Shown piece after piece: positions 19,541-29,835 of a stretch of 64,000 nucleotides of DNA (its first letter is position 1; the number at the start of each line of letters is the position of its first letter). The position numbers and the translations under genes are program-made. The notes beneath the pieces were generated by a model, which saw only the letters and a list, made by a program, of their open reading frames with translations, was not told the DNA's origin and searched no databases. The DNA comes from Candidatus Liptonbacteria bacterium (GTDB taxonomy: Bacteria; Patescibacteriota; Minisyncoccia; UBA6257; 2-01-FULL-56-20), in NCBI GenBank assembly GCA_016867315.1, contig VGJV01000004.1, forward strand, positions 37,431 to 101,430. The letters are read 5' to 3'.

Positions 19541-19761
19541 ACTTCGCGCTGCCGAATTCTCGATAGGCATGTGGAGAATCGCGCCGGGCAAGCCTGCTTG
19601 CTAGTAATGAGCCTTGCGCGAGAGGCATATGCACTTCGCAAAAAACTGAAACACTCGGTGCGCTTCGCTAAGTGATTAGATAATTTCGAGATCACGAATT
19701 CGATACAATCCCGAGAGCTTTCATAGAGGGATGGTGGCGCAGATGGCGCGGCGCACATATA

Positions 19762-19881
19762 TGGCGCGATGCGAACGACTTGCATGTCCCGAACTTCAAC
19801 TGGAATGACAACGGTTGGAACTTCAACCTGAACATCTGGAACGACGACTGGAATCAGGGCAACTACATCGTGCTTTTCCGC
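19762..19881 (+). repeat. DGR template repeat (TR)
   Basis: AAC/AAT/GAC-rich copy of the VR, non-coding, upstream of RT. Confidence 0.96.
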
Positions 19882-19888
19882 TGCTGTT

Positions 19889-20285
19889 TCATTTCTCCTC
19901 CTTTCCGGGGGAGTTTTGCTTTATGAGTTGGTTATGCCACCCACCAAGCATCCGCCCGACTTCGGCAAGCGGTTCCGAAAGCACAATGTATTTTTTCTCG
20001 CCGAGTACTTTTATTTCCCACGCAAGTGCAAGGAGGCATTTCGCCGTGTCGAGCACCGTAATCGCGCGCTTTACATAGGATAATTTCTCGGATTTAGAAA
20101 GAAAGCACGCAGTTACGGTGTGCTCAATTGTAGCGATAAGGAGTGCGTCAATCCGCGCGGCGAGCGTGTAGCGCGAAGTTTTTGGAATTTCAGGCAGGCA
20201 TTCGTGCCAAAGCTTGTACGCGGAGGTAAGCTTTTGAAGTACGATTGGATGCCGTGGGGGGGGGGCTTTGAGGAATAAAATTCAT
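19889..20285 (-). CDS. avd: DGR accessory protein Avd (four-helix bundle), frameshifted at G10 tract 20256-20265
   Basis: Minus-strand translation HPIVLQKLTSAYKLWH..PKTSRYTLAARID..LAEVGRMLGGWHNQ..EEK*; ATG at 20285 is in frame only with a 9- or 12-base tract; absent from the ORF track. Confidence 0.85.
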
Positions 20286-21248
20286 ATGTTTGAGAATATT
20301 ATCGCAGTCGATAATTTACTCGCGGCGTGGAAAGAATTTCTACGCGGCAAGCGCACAAAGCGCGACGTGCAAGAGTTTTCCCTGCACTTGATGGACAACA
20401 TCCTAACCCTTCACGAGGAACTTCGCAACGGCACCTACCAGCATGGCGCATACAAGCACTTTCGGATCTCCGATCCGAAACCGCGCGATATCCATAAAGC
20501 CACGGTGCGCGACCGATTACTCCATCACGCCATATACCAAGTCCTTTACCCCCACTTCGACACAAAACTTATCTCTGATTCTTTCTCTTGCCGCAATGAG
20601 AAAGGCACGCATCGCACGATGCACCGCTTCCGCGAGTTTGCGTACAGAGTAGGTCGCAATCACACGCGAACGTGTTGGGTATTGAAATGCGATATTAGAA
20701 AGTTCTTCGCTTCTATTGATCAAGAGATACTTATACGAATTCTTCGCACTCACATTAGGAACGAACGCACGTTGAATATTCTTGGAGTAATAATCAACAG
20801 CTTTTCTTCCGGTGAGCAAGGCAAAGGCCTTCCGCTCGGGAATCTTACTTCGCAACTTCTTGTGAATATCTATATGAACGAGTTTGATCAGTTTATGAAA
20901 CACAAACTTCACGCAAAGTATTATCTCCGCTACGCGGACGATTTTGTGATTCTTTCTCCAAACAGGCAGTGTCTAGAACTCATTATGCCGGAAATTGAGG
21001 CATTTCTTTGGAATCGCCTGAAGCTAAAACTCCATCCCGAGAAAGTTTTTATCAAAACCCTTGCCTCCGGTGTGGATTTCTTAGGATGGGTGCATTTTCC
21101 CGACCATCGCGTGCTGCGGACGGCGACGAAGCGGCGGATGTTCAAGAATGTGGCGAATAATGGAAAATCGGCAACGCTCGAATCGTATCGGGGGCTTTTA
21201 AGTCATGGCAATGCAAATAAACTTTCCGAGCAGCTTTTTTTGCGCTAG
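20268..21248 (+). CDS. DGR reverse transcriptase
   Basis: KPRDI, RDRLLHHA, KCDIRKFF, GLPLGNLTSQ, RYADDF, GVDFLG; 326 aa with no maturase/endonuclease domain; alternative start ATG 20286. Confidence 0.96.
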   Translation: MRNKIHMFENIIAVDNLLAAWKEFLRGKRTKRDVQEFSLHLMDNILTLHEELRNGTYQHGAYKHFRISDPKPRDIHKATVRDRLLHHAIYQVLYPHFDTKLISDSFSCRNEKGTHRTMHRFREFAYRVGRNHTRTCWVLKCDIRKFFASIDQEILIRILRTHIRNERTLNILGVIINSFSSGEQGKGLPLGNLTSQLLVNIYMNEFDQFMKHKLHAKYYLRYADDFVILSPNRQCLELIMPEIEAFLWNRLKLKLHPEKVFIKTLASGVDFLGWVHFPDHRVLRTATKRRMFKNVANNGKSATLESYRGLLSHGNANKLSEQLFLR

Positions 21249-21345
21249 AATCGGGAGTAATCGCTAATATCGCGAATTGCTGACAAATAATGCAAATAGA
21301 TTCGCATTATTAAAATCAAGATTCGCATTATTCGCGAATACTCCT

Positions 21346-23805
21346 ATGAAATACGATTTCGGAAAAATCGAAAAAAAGTGGCAAAAAAAGTGGAAGGAAG
21401 AGGGGGTGTACGAGCCCGATCTCAAAAAATCCAAGCGCCCATTTTATAACTTGATGATGTTTCCGTACCCTTCTGCGGAAGGGTTACACGTAGGGAATAT
21501 GTATGCGTTCACGGGAGCAGATATTTATGGTCGCCTGAAGCGCATGCAGGGATATGACCTCTTTGAACCTATTGGCCTGGATGGTTTTGGAATTCACTCG
21601 GAAAACTACGCTTTAAAAATCGGCGCGCATCCGATGAAGCAGGCGGAGGTGTCCGAAGCGCGCTTTTACAAGCAGCTCGAAATGGTGGGAAATGGCTACG
21701 CCTGGGAAGAAAAGCTCGAGACGTATGATCCCGAGTACTACAGATGGACGCAGTGGCTTTTTGTGCAAATGTGGAAACACGGTCTCGCATATCGTAAGAA
21801 GCAGCCGGTGAACTGGTGCCCCTCCTGCAAAACCGTGCTTGCTGACGAGCAGGTGATAGACGGCAAGTGCGAGCGGTGTAGTTCGGTAGTCGAGAAAAAG
21901 AATCTAGAGCAATGGTTTTTTAAAATCACCGACTATGCCGATCGGCTTTTGAACAATGTAGAAAAACTCGACTGGTCGGAAAAAGTGAAAATTGCCCAGC
22001 GCAACTGGATCGGTCGGAGTGAAGGGGTAAATATAAAATCGCGAGTGAAAGACTTGAACATAGAATTTGAGGTATTCGATTCAGTCCCGCAGACATTCAT
22101 GGCGCAAACGTTCACGGTGATCGCGCCTGAGCATCCCTTAATTCCGGAACTCGTAAAAGGTACTGAACGCGAGAAAGAAGTGCTTGCCGCCGTGGACTCG
22201 ATGAAAAAGAAAAAAGTGAGCGGCGCATATAAAACCGAAAAAGAATTCGACGGGGTTTTCACGGGGCGATATGTGGATAATCCTTTCGGGACCGGAGATT
22301 TGTCGATTTGGGTGGCCTCGTATGTGGTTTTGGACTATGGCACGGGAATAGTGCACTGTAGTGCACACGACGAACGCGACTTTGCATTCGCGAAAAAGTA
22401 TGAGATTCCGTTACGACCGGTAATGTTTCCGACAGATAAGGTGCTGGCGGAGAAAGTTCGTAATGTAGAAGTATCATATGTGAAAGATCCAGAAGGGGTG
22501 ATGGAACAGCCAAAAGAATTCAAGGGAAGAAAATGGGGAGAAGTTCGGAATGACATAATCGAATTAATGGAAAAAAGAGGAATCGCGAAGCGGACGGTAA
22601 ATTTTCGTCTTCGCGATTGGCTCATCTCCCGTCAGCGCTACTGGGGCGCGCCGATCCCAATGATTCATTGCGACGCATGCGCCGCAGAAGGAAAAGGAGA
22701 ACAAAAAGATATGCCGGGCTGGTACGCGGCACCTGAAAAAGATTTGCCGGTGGCACTCCCGTATGTGGAAGATTTTCGCCCGCAAGGAAAAGGGGAGTCT
22801 CCGCTTGCCTCAGTCGAATCGTTTTACAAAGCGAAATGTCCCGGTTGTAAAAAGATTGCTCGACGGGAAACGGATGTGTCAGATACGTTCCTCGAATCCG
22901 CCTGGTATTTTTTCCGCTACCCTTCGGTGAAAGATAAAAAGCACGCCTGGGACCCGGCGATCACCAAGAAATGGCTACCGGTGGATATGTATATCGGAGG
23001 CGCGGAGCATTCGGTGTTGCACCTTCTCTATTCTCGCTTTGTCACGATGGCCATTCATGATTGGGGATTGGCCGAATTCGAAGAGCCGTTTAAAAAATTC
23101 CGAGCGCATGGCCTTTTAATCAAAGAAGGCGCCAAGATGTCGAAATCGAAAGGGAATGTAGTAAACCCGGATGAATATATTCAAAAATTTGGGGCGGACA
23201 CGCTGCGCATGTATCTCATGTTCCTCGCTCCTTTTGAGCAGGGAGGAGATTTTCGCGATGCGAGCATCTTGGGCTTAGAGCGGTTCTTGAAGCGAGTATG
23301 GGATTTGTCGCAAACCATACAAGACAAAAAAGAAGCTAAGAGTTTAGAGCCGGTGGTACATCGCACGATTAAAAAAGTTACAGAAGATATCGAGAATCTC
23401 CATTACAATACCGCGATCAGCGCCCTTATGATCCTCCTCAATGAATTCGAAAGTAAGTCATCGTCATTATCATGGCCATCGTTTGCAACTTTCCTAAAGC
23501 TGCTCGCCCCTTTTGCACCGCATATGACTGAAGAAATTTGGAGAGAAATGCTGAATAATAAAAAATCCATCCATCTCGAACCCTGGCCGGAATATGATTC
23601 GAAGCTTATTGTCGAGGACACCTTTACGCTTGTAATCCAAGTAAATGGCAAGGTGCGGGATACGGTAGAAAATGTGCAAACGAATATTTCGGAAGATGAG
23701 GCCAGGGCATTAGCGCTTTCTCGGGAGAAGGTGCGGGCATTTATGACAGGAGAACCCCGAAAAATTATCTACATTCCGAAGAAAATTGTTAATATAGTAG
23801 TATGA
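21346..23805 (+). CDS. leuS: Leucine--tRNA ligase
   Basis: MFPYPSAEGLHVGN, DWLISRQRYWG, KMSKSKGN, QVNGKVR. Confidence 0.97.
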   Translation: MKYDFGKIEKKWQKKWKEEGVYEPDLKKSKRPFYNLMMFPYPSAEGLHVGNMYAFTGADIYGRLKRMQGYDLFEPIGLDGFGIHSENYALKIGAHPMKQAEVSEARFYKQLEMVGNGYAWEEKLETYDPEYYRWTQWLFVQMWKHGLAYRKKQPVNWCPSCKTVLADEQVIDGKCERCSSVVEKKNLEQWFFKITDYADRLLNNVEKLDWSEKVKIAQRNWIGRSEGVNIKSRVKDLNIEFEVFDSVPQTFMAQTFTVIAPEHPLIPELVKGTEREKEVLAAVDSMKKKKVSGAYKTEKEFDGVFTGRYVDNPFGTGDLSIWVASYVVLDYGTGIVHCSAHDERDFAFAKKYEIPLRPVMFPTDKVLAEKVRNVEVSYVKDPEGVMEQPKEFKGRKWGEVRNDIIELMEKRGIAKRTVNFRLRDWLISRQRYWGAPIPMIHCDACAAEGKGEQKDMPGWYAAPEKDLPVALPYVEDFRPQGKGESPLASVESFYKAKCPGCKKIARRETDVSDTFLESAWYFFRYPSVKDKKHAWDPAITKKWLPVDMYIGGAEHSVLHLLYSRFVTMAIHDWGLAEFEEPFKKFRAHGLLIKEGAKMSKSKGNVVNPDEYIQKFGADTLRMYLMFLAPFEQGGDFRDASILGLERFLKRVWDLSQTIQDKKEAKSLEPVVHRTIKKVTEDIENLHYNTAISALMILLNEFESKSSSLSWPSFATFLKLLAPFAPHMTEEIWREMLNNKKSIHLEPWPEYDSKLIVEDTFTLVIQVNGKVRDTVENVQTNISEDEARALALSREKVRAFMTGEPRKIIYIPKKIVNIVV

Positions 23806-24872
23806 GCGGCGGTCACGGTGGAGGAGGGGGAGCAAAGGGGGTAATCGCGATTCTCGCATTCCTCATTTTTTTGGTAGCGGCCGGGCTCGCGGTGATGTTT
23901 TTTCCGAAGCCGACCCTAAACCCTCCCGCTGAATTTGACCCGTTTAAGCCAGCCACGTCCACCAACTCCGGATTGAGAGTTGCGGGTCCCCGCCGCGCCG
24001 CGACAAGTTCTCCTGCTTCTGTTCCGATAAAGCCCTCGACGAGCACACAATCGAAGCCCTCTACAAAAACCAATCCGAATACCAATTTCACTCCTAACTA
24101 CAGCAATAACCCGGGCGAAACGGTCCTGGTGCCGATGGTACCGGTGAGTCCGTCGTCAGGATCGAATACGAACGGGGGATCCGAAGAGCCGCTCAATTTG
24201 CCCGTGGGGATTACTAAAGCGCAAGTATCTCCGTACTATGGGAAGGTTCGCGTAAGTTCTATCTCCCCGGGTGGTTTTGGCTATGCAGGCCAAGCTTCTC
24301 TTTCTGCAAATTTTGATGGGACATCCGCGATTAACGTATCCAACTGGCGTATTCAGGGGAATCGAGGCTCTCATTATATCCCTAAGGCCGTGAGGGTGTA
24401 TGAGCCAAATGGGCTTACTCCCGAAACTGATATTGCTATGCGAAACGGGGATTATCTCTATCTTTACTCCGGAGGTACCAGTGCGATAGGCAAAAACTTG
24501 AGATTGAATAAATGTTTGGGGTATCTGCCGAACATTGATGAGTTCGATCCCGCGGTACCGAAAGATTGTCCATACGTAGAGCGAAGTGAAATTTCGAAGT
24601 TTACCGGCCAGTGTCAGGAATATATCACCACCTTGGGCGCCTGCGGCATTCCGGATTTGAATGACGTCCGCGTTCCGCAAACTGATTATGCCTGCCGCAG
24701 TTATCTCGAAAATTTGAATTATCGAGGGTGCGTGGATCGCTACCGCGGCGATGCCGATTTCTTAAGAAATGAAGTAAGGGCTTGGATAGGCACTAATTTC
24801 CTGGATTCCCTCCACGACAAGGTATACCTCTACGACCGCCAAGGCTTGTTCGTGGATTACTATGAATACTAG
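23802..24872 (+). CDS. Membrane-anchored hypothetical protein with S/T/P linker and Cys-containing extracellular domain
   Basis: N-terminal TM, low-complexity linker, six Cys in the C-terminal domain; overlaps leuS stop (ATGA). Confidence 0.7.
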   Translation: MSGGHGGGGGAKGVIAILAFLIFLVAAGLAVMFFPKPTLNPPAEFDPFKPATSTNSGLRVAGPRRAATSSPASVPIKPSTSTQSKPSTKTNPNTNFTPNYSNNPGETVLVPMVPVSPSSGSNTNGGSEEPLNLPVGITKAQVSPYYGKVRVSSISPGGFGYAGQASLSANFDGTSAINVSNWRIQGNRGSHYIPKAVRVYEPNGLTPETDIAMRNGDYLYLYSGGTSAIGKNLRLNKCLGYLPNIDEFDPAVPKDCPYVERSEISKFTGQCQEYITTLGACGIPDLNDVRVPQTDYACRSYLENLNYRGCVDRYRGDADFLRNEVRAWIGTNFLDSLHDKVYLYDRQGLFVDYYEY

Positions 24873-24948
24873 GAACAGAATCTAGAAAGTAGAAAATAGA
24901 ATCTAGTAGTTCATTCTAGATTCTAAATTCTAGATACTAGATTCTGGG

Positions 24949-26001
24949 TTATTTTCTCTCCGCTAAGGTTACCTGCATGCTGACTTTCTTTGTGCCGCGA
25001 AGGACAAGAAGGTGCAGTTTGCTGCCCACATTGAGTTTCTCCAAAAAGTCCTGGATCGCGTGCTCATGATCCACCTTGACTGCATTGCATTCGAGAATAA
25101 TGTCTTTTTCTTTAAGTCCTGCGACCGCCGCGGGACTGCCGGGAATAACGCCCGTCTCGCTTGTGGAGTCATGAATAATGAGCGCGCCATAACTTACGGG
25201 TAAGCTCATTTTTTCCTGCAGACGTTCATCGATGATGAGGTAGCGCACTCCCAAAAGTGGCTTCCGAATATGTCCATACGTTTTTAAGTCGTGTAAATCG
25301 CGTCGGGCAGAGTTTATGGGAATCGCGAAACCGATGTTTTGAGCGCCAAATACGATCGCTGTGTTGATCCCAATAGCTTTGCCATCGAGGCGCACCAAAG
25401 GGCCGCCGGAGTTCCCGGGATTGATAGCCGCATCGGTCTGAATAAGTCCCCGCAATTCCTGCGGCGCCGCATTGGGTTCTGGCTGGGCAGCAATGGAGCG
25501 GGAGAGCCCGGAGACGATTCCTAATGAAACCGTGTTCCGGAAAATTCCCAAAGCATTGCCGATAGCAATGACCTCTTCGCCTAATTCCACAGACGTGGCG
25601 TCTCCCATCTCGATCACGGGCAGATTATTTTTAGGAGGAATGATGGAGATGATAGCGACGTCGTTTACAGGATCCCGGCTCAAAACATTTGCAGGATACT
25701 TTTCGCCGTTCGAGAGCACCACCGTGTATTCCGCCTTAGGGTCGCTAATCACATGTTTATTGGTGAGGATCACCCCCATAGATTCCACGATAAATCCGGA
25801 GCCGCCTCCCACAGTCACCATGCCCCGCTTGTCGATCAAGGCATCGGGGATTTGAAGATGTTTCCCTTGCGGGCCGCTCGGCAAAAAGGGTTGAAGTTCA
25901 GGCGGAATTTCTTTTTCCAAATCTTCGAGGTGTTTTGCAATGACAATCGAAACCACCGCCGGAAGGGTTTTCTTAATCGTAGCAACCACTTTGTTTTCCA
26001 T
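24949..26001 (-). CDS. HtrA/DegP-like serine protease with PDZ domain
   Basis: GSGFIV, TNKHV, IQTDAAINPGNSGGPL. Confidence 0.93.
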   Translation of the reverse strand: MENKVVATIKKTLPAVVSIVIAKHLEDLEKEIPPELQPFLPSGPQGKHLQIPDALIDKRGMVTVGGGSGFIVESMGVILTNKHVISDPKAEYTVVLSNGEKYPANVLSRDPVNDVAIISIIPPKNNLPVIEMGDATSVELGEEVIAIGNALGIFRNTVSLGIVSGLSRSIAAQPEPNAAPQELRGLIQTDAAINPGNSGGPLVRLDGKAIGINTAIVFGAQNIGFAIPINSARRDLHDLKTYGHIRKPLLGVRYLIIDERLQEKMSLPVSYGALIIHDSTSETGVIPGSPAAVAGLKEKDIILECNAVKVDHEHAIQDFLEKLNVGSKLHLLVLRGTKKVSMQVTLAERK

Positions 26002-26031
26002 ATTAATATTCTACCATTTCGTACTTTCGTA

Positions 26032-28733
26032 CTATTTCGTAGCTTCGTAGATGGGAAAAGAAGTTATGCGAGGGCGATGCCATGCCCTGACGATCAATTT
26101 GCGGAGTTCTTCGATGACGAGGATGGACGAGGCGAACAAAGTGACGACGAGCCAATCGCGAGCGGAAAGGGGTACGGTGTGAAGGAAGCTTTGGAAAAAG
26201 GGATGATACAAAGCGAGCATTTGAAGGATAATTACGATTCCCGTAGCGCCAATGAGAAATTTATTTTTAGCAAATTCCGGCGTGAATATGGATTTAATTT
26301 CACTTTTGCAATTCCAGGCGTTAAACCACTGAAATACGGCGAGTACGGTAAGCGCCATTGTAAAAGCTTTAGTAGGGTCTGTAGGAAGGTAATCCATGAA
26401 GGCGAAAAGCGTTCCCACGCCGATGATGGTCCCCATATAGATCGTGCCGAGAAGAAGGGGAGCGTCCACCACATAACGCCGGGGTTTGTCTAAAGCATTC
26501 GTGAGCAAATTCGATTCCTTGGGTTCCATGGCCAGTGCCACGACTAAAAATCCATCAGTAATGAAGTTAAGCCAAATGATCTGAGCCGGAGTCATGGGAA
26601 GTGGAAGGCCGAAGATTATTGCGCCTACGATCACGAGTACTTCTCCTAGGCTCGTCGAGAAAAGGTAAAGAATTACTTTTTTGATTGTCTTATAAATACT
26701 CCTGCCTTCCTCTGCCGCCGCGATGATATTTTCGAATCGATCATCGAGGAGTACTACGTCTGCAGCCTCTTTGGCGACTTCTGTCCCGATTGTTCCCATG
26801 GCGACTCCGAGGTCCGCCGCGGCGAGCGAAGGAGCGTCATTTACCCCGTCCCCGGTCATTGCGACGACCTCCCCGCGCTTTCGGAATAACTCGATAATCC
26901 GCAATTTGTGATGAGGAGAAACTCGGGCGAATACCCGCACGGAATGAAGCCGTGGGAGAAGCTCGGTATCACTCAAGGTGTCGAGCTCTTCTCCGGTCAT
27001 AACCCCGTCTTCGTGCTCTGCGATTCCGGCTTCTTTAGCGATCGCATGGGCAGTGAGCTTGTGATCTCCAGTGATCATCACGACGCGTATCCCTGCGCGG
27101 GCAGCAGTGGCGACCGCGTCCCGGACCCCTTCTCGAAGCGGATCTTTCATCGCAAAAAATCCTCCGAGCGTCAGTGGGGGAAGGGTTGCTAAGGTGGTAT
27201 CGGCATCTGCCTGCGGATTAAAAGCGAACCCCAAGACGCGAAATCCCTCGCGGGATAGCTTGGAGAATTCCGATTCTAGCTCCAGCCGGCGGGATTTATT
27301 GAGGGGGATAGCCCGCCCGTTCTGCCAAAGCTTATGAGAGAAATGTAATATGGATTCAGGGGCTCCCACGGCAGTAAGAAAATTTTTTCTTCGGAAGCGA
27401 TGCATGGTGAGGTGGCACTTCGTACCGTGATCGAAAGGAATTTCTAAAATGCGGGGGATTCTTCTTCGCCGTCGCGGAACCCTACTTTCTCCGAAAAGAC
27501 TTGGAGTGCTGCTTCTGTGGGATCACCGGATACTTTCCAGGCCCCGGTATTTTCAATAAAGGTTGCCCGCGCATTCGCGCAGAAAGCCGCCACTCGGCCG
27601 GCGAGTACCAGTTCTTCGTGATCCAAGGGTTCTACGGTGGTATCGTTCAGTCGAATTTTCCCTTGCGGTTCGTAGCCGTTACCTTCGACGGTGAAGAGCT
27701 TCCCGTTCACGAATACTTTCTCGATGAGCATCTCGTTTCGCGTGAGCGTCCCGGTTTTATCTACGGCAAGTATCTTGGCTTGTCCTAACGATTCGACCGC
27801 CTGCAGTTTTTTCACGAGCACATTTTGTTTGGCCATGCGCCATACCCCCGTAGCGAGGATAAGGGTAAGCACCACCGGCAGTCCTTCGGGAATTATGGAG
27901 ACAGAAAGGGAGACGACAGTCGCGAAAAGTACGTGAAGCGGAAGTCCTCGGAGCAGTCCCACGATGAGGAGGAATATTCCAATTGCTGCCACTCCCCAAA
28001 TAATGAATCGGGAAAGAAGGGTAATGCTCGCCTTGAGGGGCATTTCGGTATCGATTGAGGCAATCTCCATAGAGATTTTTCCAATCTCAGTATTCAGCCC
28101 CGTAGTCACGACCATCGCCGTACCATTCCCGCGGACGATGTTCGTACCTTTGAATACGATATTCCGCTGATCGCCCAAAGGGAGAGATTGTTTAGAAATT
28201 CGATCGGCGATTTTGAGGACCGGCAATGATTCTCCCGTAAGGCTCGCTTCGTCGACGGTGAGGGAGAAGGCAGTGAGGAGTCGCGCATCCGCCGGAACTT
28301 TCTCTCCCTCGGAGAGCATGAGCACATCCCCGGGTACTACTTCCGCGTCCTTCACCACCAACGCCTTACCGTCACGGAGTACGGTGGCCGAGGTTTCCGC
28401 AAAGCGTTTAAGTGCCGCGAGTGCATTTTGAGCTTTCCCTTCTTGTACAGTGCCTATGAGGGCATTAAAAAGGAGTACCGCAAGAATCACGATCGCATCG
28501 CTTACTTCTCCTATGAAAAGTATGAGAATTGCAGCTCCTAAAAGAATATAAATAAGAGGGCTCGCGAACTGGGAAAGAAATATCGAAAAGATTCCCGGGA
28601 GCTTGGGTTCCGGCAAAGCATTCAGCCCATATTGCTGCTGGCGGTGAAGGGCTTCTTCTTCGGTAAGGCCCGCCTCCGTAGACCCCAATTTTTGAGTAAG
28701 TTCCTCGATGGTGAGAGTGTGCCAATGCTCCAT
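26032..28733 (-). pseudogene. Cation-transporting P-type ATPase split by a 1-nt frameshift (real or sequencing error)
   Basis: TGES, PEGL, DKTGTLT in 27444-28733; EIPFD, TGD, GDGVNDAP in the other frame; G5 at 27453-27457 would need G6. Confidence 0.85.
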
Positions 28734-28790
28734 GCCTCAATTGTAGAACAAGTGAAAAAAACCCTTGGGGAAAAGTGCTATAATATCTAC

Positions 28791-29258
28791 ATGTCTAACA
28801 TCTGGTGGTACATAATAGTGGGAGTGATCGCGATAGGAGTGGGATTGGGAATGGGAATGTTTTGGAATAATTCGGACCCGATCGATTATAATATAGCTAT
28901 GCAAAATCAAACACCTTCAGACTCGCAAGTGGGAGTAGGAATATTAGGGACTACGGATATTAAAGTTGGTAGTGGAGCAGAAGCAAAGGCGGGTAAACAA
29001 GTTTCGGTACATTACACCGGCACGCTTCAGGACGGCACGGTATTCGACAGCTCGAAGACGCGCGGCACGCCGTTTACCTTTACCTTAGGTGCAGGGCAGG
29101 TGATCGAGGGCTGGGACAAAGGCGTAGCGGGAATGAAAGTGGGAGGAGTGCGAAAACTGGTAATCCCGCCGCAAATGGCCTACGGTCCTAATCAAGTGGG
29201 TCCGATTCCGCCGAACTCCACGCTCAACTTCGAAGTAGAACTCCTCGAAGTGAAATAG
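28791..29258 (+). CDS. FKBP-type peptidyl-prolyl isomerase with N-terminal TM
   Basis: VHYTGTLQDGTVFDSS, VIEGWDKG, IPPNSTLNFEVELL. Confidence 0.95.
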   Translation: MSNIWWYIIVGVIAIGVGLGMGMFWNNSDPIDYNIAMQNQTPSDSQVGVGILGTTDIKVGSGAEAKAGKQVSVHYTGTLQDGTVFDSSKTRGTPFTFTLGAGQVIEGWDKGVAGMKVGGVRKLVIPPQMAYGPNQVGPIPPNSTLNFEVELLEVK

Positions 29259-29298
29259 GTTGATTGAAATAAGGGAATATAGAAATATTTTCTAGCTT

Positions 29299-29829
29299 CT
29301 AGCTTCTAGCTTCTAGATTCTGTCTTACATACCCGAATCGCTTGAGTTCACCTTCAATATCGGAATATTTTTTGCCGCAGAGCATTCCTCCGGCAATAAA
29401 TTTTTCCTGCGTCACGTCCGCGAGGCAAAACTCCGGCGGCGTAAAGCGCCCAATCTCCTTTTTGTTCTTAAACTCAAAGTCGGCAAGCACCAAACCCCGC
29501 AAACGGCCGCCGAACACGTCAATCTCCGCTGTCCGTTTGCCGACAGGATAGTAGTAGCGCATCTTGCGCACCTCCTTCCCCTTTGCTTCCGACAAGTTCT
29601 CAAACTCCGCACGGTCCAAGGGAATCGTCTCTTCGCGCTGCTCCGTCCAGCTGTCGGGGTGGACGCGCCGCTTCTTCGTTATTTCGTAGCGCTCCCCGTT
29701 TTTGCGCAAACGCAAAAACGGATGCCGCCGCGTATGCGGGAAATACACGTCCACAATTTTCTTGTGCGGACACCGTTTGAGCCCGCGCGGCAGATACTTC
29801 ACCAAATACGTCTTCTCCAACTCAATCAT
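29299..29829 (-). CDS. CYTH-domain protein
   Basis: N-terminal ExExxY (IELEKTYLV), LRLRK, K.RY, EIDVF, DFEF. Confidence 0.8.
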   Translation of the reverse strand: MIELEKTYLVKYLPRGLKRCPHKKIVDVYFPHTRRHPFLRLRKNGERYEITKKRRVHPDSWTEQREETIPLDRAEFENLSEAKGKEVRKMRYYYPVGKRTAEIDVFGGRLRGLVLADFEFKNKKEIGRFTPPEFCLADVTQEKFIAGGMLCGKKYSDIEGELKRFGYVRQNLEARS

Positions 29830-29835
29830 AGATAA

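Larger units (their letters stand above)
18695..21248 (+). mobile_element. Diversity-generating retroelement (target/VR - TR - antisense avd - RT)
   Basis: 120-nt VR/TR pair differing only at TR adenines; Avd-like ORF; RT with YADD. Confidence 0.96.

Noticed and set aside
19815-20078. ORF beginning in the TR as a second DGR target
   Set aside because: It is a shadow ORF over the TR and the antisense avd, and is not in the VR reading frame.
20268-21248. Group II intron or retron RT
   Set aside because: Short RT with no maturase/endonuclease domain; the TR/VR pair and avd identify it as a DGR.
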